Positions 10,257 to 21,401 of a stretch of 64,000 nucleotides of DNA are shown in pieces. Position 1 is the first letter of the stretch. Each line of letters opens with the position of its first letter. A program made the position numbers and the translations under genes. The notes below the pieces were generated by a model that made no database searches, had not been told where the DNA came from, and worked only from the letters and a program-made list of their open reading frames with translations. The stretch comes from Methanobacteriota archaeon. Lineage in GTDB: Archaea; Halobacteriota; Bog-38; Methanoflorentales; Methanoflorentaceae. Where the stretch lies: assembly GCA_963720465.1 (NCBI GenBank), contig OY970393.1, positions 1,440,001 to 1,504,000 on the forward strand. The letters run 5' to 3'.

Positions 10257-11546
10257 ATGTCACCTAAAGATTTTGCGTACCGCTTGCTCAGCACACCGTA
10301 TGAGTTCATCTTTAAGGAAGGATTGGAGCATCGAACCGCAGAATTTTTCTTGAGCACGTCGTACGTGGCGATCGGAACGCTCTTTGGATCGGCGCTGACC
10401 TTTATTTTCCTCATCCTTGGGGCGCGCATCTTAGGACCCCAAGGGTTTGGCGATCTGAGCCTCGTCATGTCAATAAGCCTCATTGTTGGAATCTCGATGG
10501 GGCTCAACCTGGTCGCGACCGTCAACTATGGTTCTGGAGCACACGACGATTCAGTTCGGACTAAAATAATCTCAACCGCGTCTATTGAAGCGCTGCTGCT
10601 TGTCACCGCTTCCACGACGGTCTTCGCCCTCCTTTCTCCGCAACTATCCTACCTGCTGGGGGTCTCTGCGGCCGTATTCCTCTTCGCCGTTGCATATGGC
10701 GCGGCCTTTACGTGTTACACATTTGCGATGAATGCTCTGAGAGTGGTATTCAGCATGAAGGCGTATGCGCTTTCCGCCGCTGCCCAGTCGGTAGTGTGTC
10801 TTGCGCTTTTCCTCGCCCTTGTCACGGACGGCATGAAGTCGTGGCAATCGGCGGCGTACGCGCTGTCAGTGTCAAATCTGGCAGTCAGCCTCATCGTGAT
10901 TTTCTACGTCAGAGCTCATCTGACGCGTCACTTCGACTGGCATTGGGCGCGAAGAATAATGCGCTACTCGTCCTTTGCGGTCCCTGGATTGATTGCTGTG
11001 GCATTCATGGGGCTCGATCGGATACTCATCAATCTATTTATGACAACCGCTGCGGTGGGACTGTATAACGCGTATTTCCTGCCGTCAATAACTGTAGCGG
11101 CGACGCTCTGGGGTATCGTTAACACCACCTTTTTCCCCTATGCATCGCGAAGCAAGGATAAGCTGGCGCTTCTGCTCAAAATAAACACAGTGACACCGTA
11201 TTTGGCCGTTGTGCTTGTGCCGCTCATCGTTTGTGCGGAAGTGATCGCCTTCGTTCTCTATGGGCACCAGTACGCATTCAGCCTGCAACTATCGTTCTTT
11301 TTTGCACTCGCGGCAACCGTGTATGTTGTTTTTCTAGGCTACACGTGGCTTGCGGCATCGGTCGGTGCGAGTGGAGCAAAAATGAGCACCGTGTGCAACG
11401 TCCTTGCGCTGCTTGTGTTGATATGTCTGGACGTCGTATTAATTCCGCGTATTGGCATCCTGGGCGCAGCGATCACGCTCATCTTTTCATATTTAGTGCC
11501 CACCGTGTTTCTCTATTCACGAAAGCAATTTTGGGCGCGGATTTAA
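10257..11546 (+). CDS. Wzx/MOP-family oligosaccharide flippase
   Basis: ARILGPQGFG, LDRILINLF..AAVGLY, LIPRIGILGAAI, multi-TM. Confidence 0.9.
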   Translation: MSPKDFAYRLLSTPYEFIFKEGLEHRTAEFFLSTSYVAIGTLFGSALTFIFLILGARILGPQGFGDLSLVMSISLIVGISMGLNLVATVNYGSGAHDDSVRTKIISTASIEALLLVTASTTVFALLSPQLSYLLGVSAAVFLFAVAYGAAFTCYTFAMNALRVVFSMKAYALSAAAQSVVCLALFLALVTDGMKSWQSAAYALSVSNLAVSLIVIFYVRAHLTRHFDWHWARRIMRYSSFAVPGLIAVAFMGLDRILINLFMTTAAVGLYNAYFLPSITVAATLWGIVNTTFFPYASRSKDKLALLLKINTVTPYLAVVLVPLIVCAEVIAFVLYGHQYAFSLQLSFFFALAATVYVVFLGYTWLAASVGASGAKMSTVCNVLALLVLICLDVVLIPRIGILGAAITLIFSYLVPTVFLYSRKQFWARI

Positions 11547-11673
11547 AAATGAGGCAAAACAGTCTCGAATCACAACCCTTAGTATCGCAGCGTAGACGTG
11601 TGGAAGTAGCAGGGCGGAGAATAACCAAGCATCCCATTGCTGGGATTAACGTCAAACGAAAGACCTTTCTCAA

Positions 11674-12390
11674 TCACGTGGGGTTCGCTAGGCGTCTCGG
11701 GGCCAACCATAGCACCATCCTCAGCGCCTTGACAATCTCGTTCCTGGAGATCTTGGAGGCCCCCATGCGGCGATCTTGGAAAATGATAGGCACCTCCCCA
11801 ACCTTCCAACCCAGTCGCTCAACTCTGAAAAGCATTTCGAACAAGAAAGAATAGCCGCTCGATTTGATGCTATCTAAATCTAGGCTCTCTAATGCCTGGC
11901 GGCGATAACAACGAAAACCTGCCGTCGTGTCATGGGCGTGCAGCCCCAGTAGTACACGTGTGATCGTATTCGCGCTCCAACTGACAACTTTGCGATCGAG
12001 AGTCTGCGTGGACCGCCCACCCCGCACGTAGCGCGACCCGATGACGAGATCGTACCCCTGGTTGATTTTGTCCACGATATCGGCAACACAACGGGGGTTG
12101 TGGGAAAAATCGGCGTCCATCGAACAAACGAGATCGGCTCCTTCGGCCAGCGCCTCTTTAAAGCCGGCGATGCAAGCTGTGCCTAGCCCCAGCTTGCCAG
12201 GATGGTGAATGACGCTCACTCGTCCGGCATTTTCCGCAGCTAACCAGTCGGCGATTTCGCCGGTGCCGTCGGGAGAATTATCATCCACCACAATGATGTG
12301 CATTCTCATCGGCAGAGCGAGTAACTGGGTCACCAGAGACACAATATTTTCTTTTTCGTTATAGGTCGGAACGATAACAGAGACCTGCAT
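11674..12390 (-). CDS. Polyprenol/dolichol-phosphate mannose synthase-like GT2
   Basis: VPTYNEKENI, VVDDNSPDGT, MDADFSH, DTTAGFRCYR. Confidence 0.9.
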   Translation of the reverse strand: MQVSVIVPTYNEKENIVSLVTQLLALPMRMHIIVVDDNSPDGTGEIADWLAAENAGRVSVIHHPGKLGLGTACIAGFKEALAEGADLVCSMDADFSHNPRCVADIVDKINQGYDLVIGSRYVRGGRSTQTLDRKVVSWSANTITRVLLGLHAHDTTAGFRCYRRQALESLDLDSIKSSGYSFLFEMLFRVERLGWKVGEVPIIFQDRRMGASKISRNEIVKALRMVLWLAPRRLANPT

Positions 12391-12454
12391 AGTCTCCTAC
12401 ACTCTCTACTGACATTTTATCTCGATTTCTGTCCTTGCCTTATTTTATCATAGC

Positions 12455-12686
12455 AGGCTGTATCCGCGAGTTTGCCGCTATCGGAATAGCGGCTTGACAT
12501 CTGTGGCATCGTTAACGCCACCTGTTTCCCTTATGCATCGCGAAGCACCGGATAAATTGGCGCTCCTCCTAAAAATAAACACAGTGACACCGTATTTGGC
12601 TGTTGTGCTTGTGCCGCTCATCGTTTGTGTGGAAGCGGGCCTGATACAGAACCGGGCCAGCAATTCCAACGGAGTTATCGCCTTCA
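12455..12686 (+). pseudogene. Decayed duplicate of an internal segment of the 10257 flippase
   Basis: 12501-12635 closely matches 11108-11241 with a 1-nt indel. Weaker similarity extends on both sides. Confidence 0.85.
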
Positions 12687-12854
12687 AGAGTGGCGATGAA
12701 CTCACGTGCGATTTTAGGGTATTTGAGCAGTGCCAACGACGATCGTCAAGCCCCCGATCAGCAGTTCGCTCGCTGTCTGCCTACACGGGTCCTCTTATGT
12801 CGTGTCGACCAATGGATATAAGTGACGGCGGCTATTCTCTGTTAAGGTACCGCG

Positions 12855-13154
12855 ATGCTAGAAATTACGGTGCACGAGATCCGAGGGACGTGCCCAGTGC
12901 ATTCCGTTGGGGATCGTATCATCATTGACGGGCCCAATATCGTAGTTGCAGAAAGCGACGCGCTTTGTACCCACGCGCTCTCGACCCTCCTCCATTATAC
13001 GACGATCCTCGAACACACCTGGTGCCCCGTTGCCCTTGGCTTGACGACGTCTGAAGACCCCGCGCACGCCTACATGCAGTGCGTCGATCCGGGGCCGCCG
13101 TACACCGAAGGGGGCACGGTCATCTTCCGGTGCCGTAAAATAGTGCGTGAATAA
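12855..13154 (+). CDS. TIGR04076-family small Cys-containing protein
   Basis: IRGTCPVH.VGD, LCTHAL, QCVDPGPPY..GGTVIF. Confidence 0.75.
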   Translation: MLEITVHEIRGTCPVHSVGDRIIIDGPNIVVAESDALCTHALSTLLHYTTILEHTWCPVALGLTTSEDPAHAYMQCVDPGPPYTEGGTVIFRCRKIVRE

Positions 13155-13604
13155 GAACAGCCGAACACACGGCGCCGGTAACCACATCCTAATAGACCGG
13201 TGAGCCACAACGACGTCTGCACGTCAGGAGGGCTCGGATGGCCAAGTTGGCTGCGAGCGTGCTCTACGTCTGCTACGCCCAGCGCAGCGAGGAGCGCAGA
13301 AACTGATGACCGCTCAGGGCGGCAGTTCACGCTTTACGTTGGAGCTTTTAGGCGGATTGCACGTCAGGGAGAAAGCCTTCGGTTTGCCGTCGTTTCTGCG
13401 CCACAGCACGACCAGGATCCGCGACCCAGCCGTTTTCCACCCGCCTCTTTTTTTTTCCAGCATTTCCTCGACTAATTACGGCGTCGCGCTCGCCCGCAAA
13501 AAACATGGCAAGGGCCTATGTAGGGGGGCGAACGTATACGGTGCGTGTGGATGACGTCGATTACACGTCATCCAACTCACCAAGCGGTGAAACAGGTGAT
13601 CCAG

Positions 13605-15521
13605 GTGGCTACCGAAGAGGAGGAGACAACCTCAGTCCTTTTGCACGAGAGACGGGTGTTTCGCCCGAGCGCAGCGGTCGTCGAGGCGGCGCGCGTGAAA
13701 GACTGGGAAGCTGAACTGAGAGCGGGACAGGACATCGAGGCGTACTGGGCGGCGAAGGCGCGGCAGTTTGAATGGTTCGCGCCGTGGACACAGGTCCTCG
13801 ACGCACGCGAGGCGCCTTTTTACAAATGGTTCGTTGGCGGCAGGACAAATATCACGCACAACGCAGTGGATAGGCACCTCGCCACCGAACGTCGCGACCG
13901 CGTCGCGCTCCTCTACATTAACGAACGCGGAGAGGAAAACAAGGTCACCTATTCCGAGCTCGCGAGCGAGGTGAATAAGATGGCGAACGCGCTCAAGAAG
14001 CTCGGCGTGCGAAAAGGGGACCGTGTGGCGATGTACCTTCCGCCGTGCGTCGAGGCTGCCGTATCAATGCTCGCGTGCGCGAAGATCGGGGCTGTGCACA
14101 GTGTCGTGTATGCTGGCTTTAGTGTGCGAGCGCTGGCTGACCGAATTCACGACGCGAACGCCGAGATCCTTATTACCGCGGACGGCACGTTCCGCCGGGG
14201 AAAGGTAATCGACCTAAAAAGCGTGGCAGATGAAGCTGTCGGCGCAAGCCCAAGCATCAAAACGACGGTAGTAGTGCGGCACGCGGGTAACCCGGTGATC
14301 TCTGAACCCATTGGGGGAGAGATTCTTTACGATGAGCTCATCGACGGAGCGAACACCGAATGCGCTGCTGAACCTATGGACGCAGAGGATGCGCTCTTTA
14401 TCCTCTACACGTCCGGGAGCACGGGGATGCCAAAAGGCGTCGTTCACACGACCGGGGGCTATATGGTTGCGACGGCTACCGCGTTACAAACCGTATTTGA
14501 CATACACGACGATGACGTGTGGTGGTGCACTGCTGACGTCGGATGGATAACGGGCCACAGCTACTGCGTCTACGCACCGTTGCTCGCCGGCACCACGAGC
14601 CTCATCTACGAGGGCGCGCCTGACTATCCCGAACCGGACGCCCTGTGGCGAGTGGTAGAACGCAACGCGGTCACGAAGTTTTATACCGCACCGACCACCA
14701 TCCGCCACCTCATGCGTTTCGGGGAGAAATGGCCGCAGGGTTGCGACCTAAGCTCTCTCAAGATTCTCGGCACGGTCGGAGAGCCGATCAACCCGGAGGC
14801 ATGGGTCTGGTACTACGAACACGTCGGCGGGTTGCGCTGTCCGATCATGGACACATGGTGGCAGACGGAAACCGGCTGCTTCATGATCTCACCACTCCCT
14901 GTATCGGCGCTCAAACCAGGGTCGGCCACGAAACCTCTCCCGGGCATCCAAGCGGATGTCATGGACTTGGACGGGAAGCCCGTGCCGCCAGGGCGCGGCG
15001 GGCTGCTCGTTATAACGACGCCGTGGCCGTCGATGCTCCGCACGTTGTACAACAACCCAGAACGGTACAAAAAGACCTACTGGGAGCAGATACCGGGGGG
15101 CATCTACGTGTCAGGAGACATCGCACGCAAAGACGAAGACGGCTACTTCTGGATACAGGGGCGGGCCGACGACGTCCTGAAGATCGCTGGGCACCGCATC
15201 GGCACCAGCGAGATCGAATCAGCGTTTGTGAGCCACCGTGCGGTGTCGGAGGCAGCCGTGATCGGCAAACCCGACCCCATCAGAGGGGAGGTCATAAAAG
15301 CGTTTATTATCCTCAAAGAGGGCTACGCGGAGACTCCAGAACTTATCGTCGAGCTTAAAAAACACGTACGGCACGAGCTCGGGCCCATTGCCGTCATAGG
15401 AGAGATCGCCTTTACCGCCACGCTCCCGAAGACGCGCAGCGGGAAGATCATGCGAAGGGTGCTCAAGGCGCGGGAACTCGGCATCGACGAAGGGGACGTG
15501 TCGACGCTTATTGAAACGTAA
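13605..15521 (+). CDS. acs: Acetyl-CoA synthetase (AMP-forming)
   Basis: [54 protein letters not shown] start after AGGTGA SD. Confidence 0.95.
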   Translation: MATEEEETTSVLLHERRVFRPSAAVVEAARVKDWEAELRAGQDIEAYWAAKARQFEWFAPWTQVLDAREAPFYKWFVGGRTNITHNAVDRHLATERRDRVALLYINERGEENKVTYSELASEVNKMANALKKLGVRKGDRVAMYLPPCVEAAVSMLACAKIGAVHSVVYAGFSVRALADRIHDANAEILITADGTFRRGKVIDLKSVADEAVGASPSIKTTVVVRHAGNPVISEPIGGEILYDELIDGANTECAAEPMDAEDALFILYTSGSTGMPKGVVHTTGGYMVATATALQTVFDIHDDDVWWCTADVGWITGHSYCVYAPLLAGTTSLIYEGAPDYPEPDALWRVVERNAVTKFYTAPTTIRHLMRFGEKWPQGCDLSSLKILGTVGEPINPEAWVWYYEHVGGLRCPIMDTWWQTETGCFMISPLPVSALKPGSATKPLPGIQADVMDLDGKPVPPGRGGLLVITTPWPSMLRTLYNNPERYKKTYWEQIPGGIYVSGDIARKDEDGYFWIQGRADDVLKIAGHRIGTSEIESAFVSHRAVSEAAVIGKPDPIRGEVIKAFIILKEGYAETPELIVELKKHVRHELGPIAVIGEIAFTATLPKTRSGKIMRRVLKARELGIDEGDVSTLIET

Positions 15522-15616
15522 CGTATCCACGCTGCGGCGGCTGGCAGCGTACCCTCGCAGGTCGGTACCGTTCAAAGGTTCGACGTACTAACCTTGGATC
15601 CGTCATCGCGCCTAGG

Positions 15617-15898
15617 TTAGTAGGCGTAATTGGGTTCCGTCCATCCATAGGCGTTGTGAAGAGTCATCCACGTCCGAATCTTCGCTATTATTAGATACAG
15701 ATGATTTCTCGCCCGTTCCGATATCGCGCCGTCGAATGCTCTTTCCTGGAGGTACTGAAACGCCTCGCCGCTGCGCGAGCATGCCTGCATCAGTTTTTCG
15801 GCAGCGTTCTCAGCGTGCGCGCCGTGCACATCGCCGAGCTCAGAGATGAGCGCATCCACTTCGGCTAGATTCCTTAGCATCGCACACAAGGTAGCCAT
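15617..15898 (-). CDS. Hypothetical protein
   Basis: 93-aa ATG ORF with globular composition and a purine-rich AGGGG upstream. No recognisable motif. Confidence 0.4.
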   Translation of the reverse strand: MATLCAMLRNLAEVDALISELGDVHGAHAENAAEKLMQACSRSGEAFQYLQERAFDGAISERARNHLYLIIAKIRTWMTLHNAYGWTEPNYAY

Positions 15899-16083
15899 CC
15901 CCTAGAATAACGGTTTGGCAAGAGTAGCGCGAAAGTAATCGCGCCACTTTTTGTATTCCACGAGCGCATATCCCACGCGGGAACGCTGGAGTCAGAGATC
16001 GCAACAATCTACCGGAGAGCGAAAGCGCGAACGCGTTGATCAAGCAATTCGCAGCAACAACGAACGAAGGCACTGCCGGCGTG

Positions 16084-16314
16084 CTATGACGAATCCATCG
16101 TGATGAGATATCGTTTGACGAACTGGGCTGCTTCGTCATCTCGCGGTTCAAAAAGGATTCCTTGATCGTTGGGAAACGGAACGCGGTGATCGTGTTCCCA
16201 AGAAAGTATAGCAGGGGGTATACCGTCGGGGTAGGCCTCACACGTTGCCTGGGGGAAACTCACCTCGCGAAAGTGCTTGCATAGCGTACAAATTGGAGTC
16301 ATTAACAGCGTCAT
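16084..16314 (-). CDS. Small CxxCxH protein (C.AYPDGIP...DH..P..ND.GI.FE type)
   Basis: ICTLCKHF...CEAYPDGIPPAILSWEHDHRVPFPNDQGILFEP. Confidence 0.7.
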   Translation of the reverse strand: MTLLMTPICTLCKHFREVSFPQATCEAYPDGIPPAILSWEHDHRVPFPNDQGILFEPRDDEAAQFVKRYLITMDSS

Positions 16315-16508
16315 GCCATCACGCCATGACGTTGCTCGCTCGCTTAAACGTATTCCTACCGTGTCGTCGAAGCAGCCCCCACCGTGATTGGGGACCGTCA
16401 TCAGCTCGTGCGCAGCGCACTGAGTATGAACTTGCGCTCGGCCAGAAGCGAAGGAGTCCGACTCCAGTTTTTTATAGAGCGGAGGCGTATAGGGCAGCAG
16501 GTGTTACC

Positions 16509-17039
16509 GTGACCAATCTATGGAAATCGCTTCCTGTTGGACCTGACCCGCCAGAAGTCGTTTACGCGCTGATCGAGGTCCCAAAAGGGTCCCAGAACAA
16601 ATACGAATATGATAAAGATCTCGGGATCTTTGCCATTGACCGGGTGCTCTATTCACCGGTGCAGTACCCGACTGATTATGGACTCATCCCGCAGACGTAT
16701 TACGACGACGGTGATCCCCTGGACGTCATGGTTCTGATGGATGAACCAACCTTTTCAGGATGCCTCATTGCTGTGCGGCCCATCGGCTTAATGCGGATGA
16801 TTGACAGTGGGGACAACGATGACAAGGTCTTGGCCGTACCCGATAAAGATCCGATGTACGCAGAAGTCACCGACATACGCGATCTGCCCCCACACAAAAT
16901 GCGAGCTATTGGACACTTCTTCACGGTCTACAAGCAGCTTGAGGGCAAAAAAACCGATGTGACTGGTTGGGAAGGAGCTGAAAGCGCCAAAAACGCAATA
17001 ATGCATTCAATTAAGCTCTACAACGACAAATTTGGCTGA
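16509..17039 (+). CDS. ppa: Inorganic pyrophosphatase (family I)
   Basis: IEVPKGSQNKYEYD, YPTDYG, DDGDPLDV, DDKVLAV. GTG start, TTTTATA upstream, T-tract downstream. Confidence 0.95.
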   Translation: MTNLWKSLPVGPDPPEVVYALIEVPKGSQNKYEYDKDLGIFAIDRVLYSPVQYPTDYGLIPQTYYDDGDPLDVMVLMDEPTFSGCLIAVRPIGLMRMIDSGDNDDKVLAVPDKDPMYAEVTDIRDLPPHKMRAIGHFFTVYKQLEGKKTDVTGWEGAESAKNAIMHSIKLYNDKFG

Positions 17040-17099
17040 TTAAGCGCGCTGCCGGTCTTTTTTGCTGATGAGGGAGGCCATGCGTCTCACGAGTGTGAT

Positions 17100-17977
17100 A
17101 ACGCCGATGGCTTTTCCGCTCTCGTCGCGACCCTGCTCGCCGGCGGAGCGCCCGACGCCCCGTGGGCAACACTCGGTGGACTTGACGCCACGGGCGTGGG
17201 CCTCTCCGCCATCGACGCGCTCCGCGCGGCACGCCTCGTACCGATGCCCGTGGTGATCGGCGAGACGACGTTTCCTACGGGAACGGCTTGTACCGCGCCC
17301 CAAAGCGTGACCTCGCACTCGCGTTGCGCGCTCGCGTCGCCGTTGTCGTGGGAAGTGGACACGAAGCGGCGCGGCTGATCCAAGACGACGAATGGAACAC
17401 ATCCGAGAGGCTCATACAGCTGCCAAATGACCCGCTTTCGGCACAGGTGTTCATCGGCTCAACCGAGCAAACGCTCCCCACAGCCCTACGCGAGCGCATC
17501 GCACAGGAGATCCACGACATCTATCGCCACCGCTACACGCTCACCCAGAGCCAGGAACCATCGCTCGCCGAATGGGACAAGCTCGTCGACCACCTGAAAC
17601 AATCCAACAGGGCGCAGGCAGATTATATCGCGCGAAAACTGAGCGCCGCTGGCTATACCGTTCGGAAGGCACGTAACGCAACCGTGACACCGCGGCAATT
17701 CACGTCAGCCGAGGTGGAAATCATAGCGGAGCTTGAGCACGCCCGCTGGAACGTGGAACGGCTCCTTGACGGGTGGAAATGGGGGCCGATAAAGGACGTG
17801 ACGAAGAAGATAAGCCCGTACATCCTCCCCTGGTCAGCGCTTCCCGAAGAGATGAAGGAGGTCGACCGAGACGTGGTGCGTGACATACCGCACTTGCTTG
17901 CCGAGGTGGGAATGGAGATCGTTCGAATGCCCGCCACCAAGCGCAACCCCTCGCGTCGAAAGCCTACTCCCACGTGA
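17100..17977 (+). pseudogene. 5'-truncated RyR-domain protein
   Basis: W..L...LKQSNRAQAD and IAELEHARWNVERLLDGWKWGP.KD...K.SPY..PW..LPEE.KE.DR are RyR-domain motifs. No good start codon, and the upstream part is broken across frames. Confidence 0.7.
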
Positions 17978-18221
17978 CACCGCGTTTGGACGAGGAGCAC
18001 GGCCGAGTCACGCGCGGTTCTGCACGACGCTGACATCACACGAATGTCTGCAAGCGCATAACGAACGGGATGCCCAGCCTAAGAATGATATCCGGGAGAG
18101 TTCCTGCTTTCTGGTTGAGATCTGCACCCAACGCAAACTACGCGATGAGTGGGAGAATCAAGCACGAACATTTACGAACGCTTGACCGTCAAATTAAAAT
18201 GATAGCACCAACAAAATAGTC

Positions 18222-18334
18222 GCTGGATCATAGACCGTGATTCCAGACCTGTGCTCTGCTGTCACCTTTGCTGCAACAGAGCGCAGATCTGCAGCACAGT
18301 CCCCGAGCCTAAAACGGCTCGGGCTCTCTTTTTT
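18222..18334 (+). ncRNA. Candidate structured small RNA (three hairpins plus U-tract)
   Basis: Stems at 18223-18246, 18249-18286 and 18302-18323, T-run 18329-18334, TATA-like AATTAAAA at 18192-18199. Confidence 0.35.
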
Positions 18335-19697
18335 GGGTCTAAGAGCGTAATAAAACATCGTGAATACTGATAGTTAAATATTTTGATTTAGTCTGATTGT
18401 CAAAGCCTTTTTTTAAGTACGTATCTGCCAATATGATGGAGGAGGCAATCGTCGTATAACCGCGAAGCACGAACGTGCATGCCCCAAAAAGCGCGCTGTT
18501 TGCCCGTGGAGTGGAAAGTATTTCTACAAACTGCTGCGTCGATCGATCCGCGAGTTCGTGACATTCTTAAGCTCCCCTAGCCTTAAGGTGCGGCACGGTA
18601 CTCAAACGCAACCCTGAGCTTGGCTCCGCAGTTTGATCGTGAAAGATAATGCTGCAGACTTTACCGCTTACAATCAGTGTCTTTTTGCCACCGACCCGCA
18701 TAGCGTTGGCAGTGAGACGACGACAGAGCAATAGCTAAACGCCTGAGCTGCTCCTACGCGGGTGGTCGCTCTGAACGAAAAAAAGCGTGTGCTTTCACCG
18801 TGTGAGGCAGCTGTTATTGCCCCAGAAATTCACGAAAAAGTATTTGAAATCTCTTCGTTCAGCCAAGTACACCAGCACGCCTGTTTTTATTGCTCTTGTG
18901 CATAACCCGTTCTCGAGGCATACGAGCTGTGCAAGTTTTAAACGACCTACTATCGGTGCAATTGTTTTCCAAGCGTGGGCCGTACGGTAACGCTTTTACG
19001 AAGCCCATTTTCCCTCTGTTTATCGTGGTCCCATCCCATACCGCAGTTGTTGTCAGCGCCCAGAGCTCTTGGCTTCCCGTCGCTTTATGCATCAAACATA
19101 GCTGCGCACGGTTTGCACTCGCTCTGGCCTGGGTGTAAGCATCAAACGACTTTTGGCTAGTTGATGCGAGCACACCAATTCGTGAAGTCCGTTTGAGGAC
19201 CCGCCTAAGGGCCGTGGTCCCCCGCTTCTTCCTGTTATCGATACTGGTGGCTTTCGACATCCTGCGTCGCCAAGTACTTTTGGCTTTCAAGCTTTGGGGC
19301 ACAATGGGCGGCGGCACGACAGTGAATGACTAATGGCGCTCACTGAACAAAAAAAGCATCTTCGTTGAGCGAAAGCCTAATGCCTTACAAATAGGTAACT
19401 TTCGAAAACAGAAGCTAAGAAATGCCAGTCCTTAAGAGCAGCGAGGATCACCAAATATGCCCAGCGCAGGTTCAGACGCACACATTAATGCAGGCCGAAA
19501 AACGGGACACGGCGTGGTGAAGAAGAGAGTAAGCGGCACCCTGCGTGGCCCGAGGCATGTCAAATACGCAAGATCGTGTCGTGGGCCTGCTTAATTGCGC
19601 GCCTGAACGATCGTGCAACATCTAGCTACCTAGAGACAACGCAACTGGTATGTTGAGGAACGCCATGCTCTGTCCTAGCTGTTCTTACCTCGCGGCT

Positions 19698-20870
19698 ATG
19701 AATCCAAGAGTTACGATTATCACATTGAATTGGAACGGGTGGCAGGATACCATAGAGTGTTTGGAGTCATTGTACTGTGTTGATTATGACAATTATCACA
19801 TCATTCTCGTGGACAACGCGTCCACCGATGAGTCGCTAGCTAAGATAGATGCCTACTGCAGTAACCAGCGAAAGCTCACACCATATTCTGCTGAGCACCT
19901 CATCAGAAATAAGCCGACGAGAATCACACATTACGGCGAAGTAAGTGCAGAACCAGGAACGGGCCGCGGCGGCGAGGCGGTCCGACTGCAGGCAAATAGT
20001 GCGCTCACTGTGATACAAAACGACCAGAACTACGGTTTTGCAGAAGGGAACAACATCGCAGTCAAATATGCCTTAGACACCTTACATCCCGATTACGTTT
20101 TGTTGCTCAATAATGACACGGTCGTTAACAAACACTTCTTGACGGCACTGGTTAACGCCGCCGAGTGCGATCAACAAATCGGAGTGATGCAGCCCAAGAT
20201 ACTGCGCTATGCTGACTCGACGATCGAGAGCACGGGGATCAAAGACGACGTCCTCTTGTACTCGAGATTCAGAGGACTTTTCGAAACAGACGAGGGCCAA
20301 TACGATAATGAGAGAGAATGCGGGTTCTTTTATGCGAGTGGCGCCTGCATGTTCATTAGACTAGACTTCTTGGAAGCGCTGGGGGGTGAGTGCTTCGACC
20401 CGCAGCTTTTTGCTTATTATGAAGACGTAGATTTGTCTTGGATGTCGCGACTCTTGGGTTACAAAGTCGCTTACTGCCCGAAATCAGTTTGTTATCATAA
20501 AGGAAGCACAACATTTGGGGTCGGAACTCCCATGGTCTTGTACTTGAGTCACAGAAATAGGCTCCGAGTGATGATCAAGAATTATTCACTTAAAACACTT
20601 GTTTTCGTTCTGCCTCTCACGATCGTCCTCAAGGGCTCCTTGTTAACGTATGACTGGATCGTTAACTACGACTCCAGCTACCTCTTTAGCTTCTTAAGAG
20701 CACTTAGCTGGAACCTTCTGAATCTTCGAAGCGCGCTGATCTTGAGAGAGCGTATCCAATCGAAGCGCAAATTGCCCGACCACGAAATCATGAAGTACAT
20801 GATTCCCTACTCATTCGGAGTACGTTCAGCGCTAAAAGACCAGCGTAGACGAAAAAAAAGTGAAAACTGA
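19698..20870 (+). CDS. Glycosyltransferase family 2
   Basis: ITLNWNG, VDNASTD, NYGFAEGNN, LLNNDT, YEDVDLSW. Confidence 0.9.
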   Translation: MNPRVTIITLNWNGWQDTIECLESLYCVDYDNYHIILVDNASTDESLAKIDAYCSNQRKLTPYSAEHLIRNKPTRITHYGEVSAEPGTGRGGEAVRLQANSALTVIQNDQNYGFAEGNNIAVKYALDTLHPDYVLLLNNDTVVNKHFLTALVNAAECDQQIGVMQPKILRYADSTIESTGIKDDVLLYSRFRGLFETDEGQYDNERECGFFYASGACMFIRLDFLEALGGECFDPQLFAYYEDVDLSWMSRLLGYKVAYCPKSVCYHKGSTTFGVGTPMVLYLSHRNRLRVMIKNYSLKTLVFVLPLTIVLKGSLLTYDWIVNYDSSYLFSFLRALSWNLLNLRSALILRERIQSKRKLPDHEIMKYMIPYSFGVRSALKDQRRRKKSEN

Positions 20871-21401
20871 TGGCGGGCTACTTGGTCATCATGGACGCGC
20901 CATAACAAGTACAGTGACGCACGTGCGCTCGGTTACTTCGCTCATGCCGTGTGTGGATCACATATGAAACAAAACCACAAAGCGTCAACGAACTACCTTT
21001 TTTAGCTCGTGAATCGGCGCGCTCCAGCTTTTGCCGCCGTTATCGGCTGTGCATCTTGTTGCGTCGTCGCTTTGGCGCGAGATAGGAGTTACGTGAGGCC
21101 GCTCTTGCCTGTTGACGCCGTGTACAATATTGCTAAAAAACTGCCGCACAAACGCTTCTGATGCTTAAAGCAAAGCTTTAAGACCGCAAATCGCTACAGT
21201 TACAGCTTAAATTGACGCCGCAAAATCGCAGGGAATCCATGAAGATTACCGCTGTGGCATCGTTTCCAAAAAAATGGGATTCAGAGGGCTGCAGAGGAGT
21301 TGATTTTTCAAAGCTCTGTGCGACAAATAGGGTAGAGTCAATTTCAGGTATAACGAGAACAGACAAGCCTTTATAAGCCCTTGTTCTTACCTCCGCCGGC
21401 C

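Noticed and set aside
18859-19317. 152-aa minus-strand ORF
   Set aside because: No motif, skewed Arg/Lys/Thr composition and no SD. Probably spurious or a badly decayed gene.
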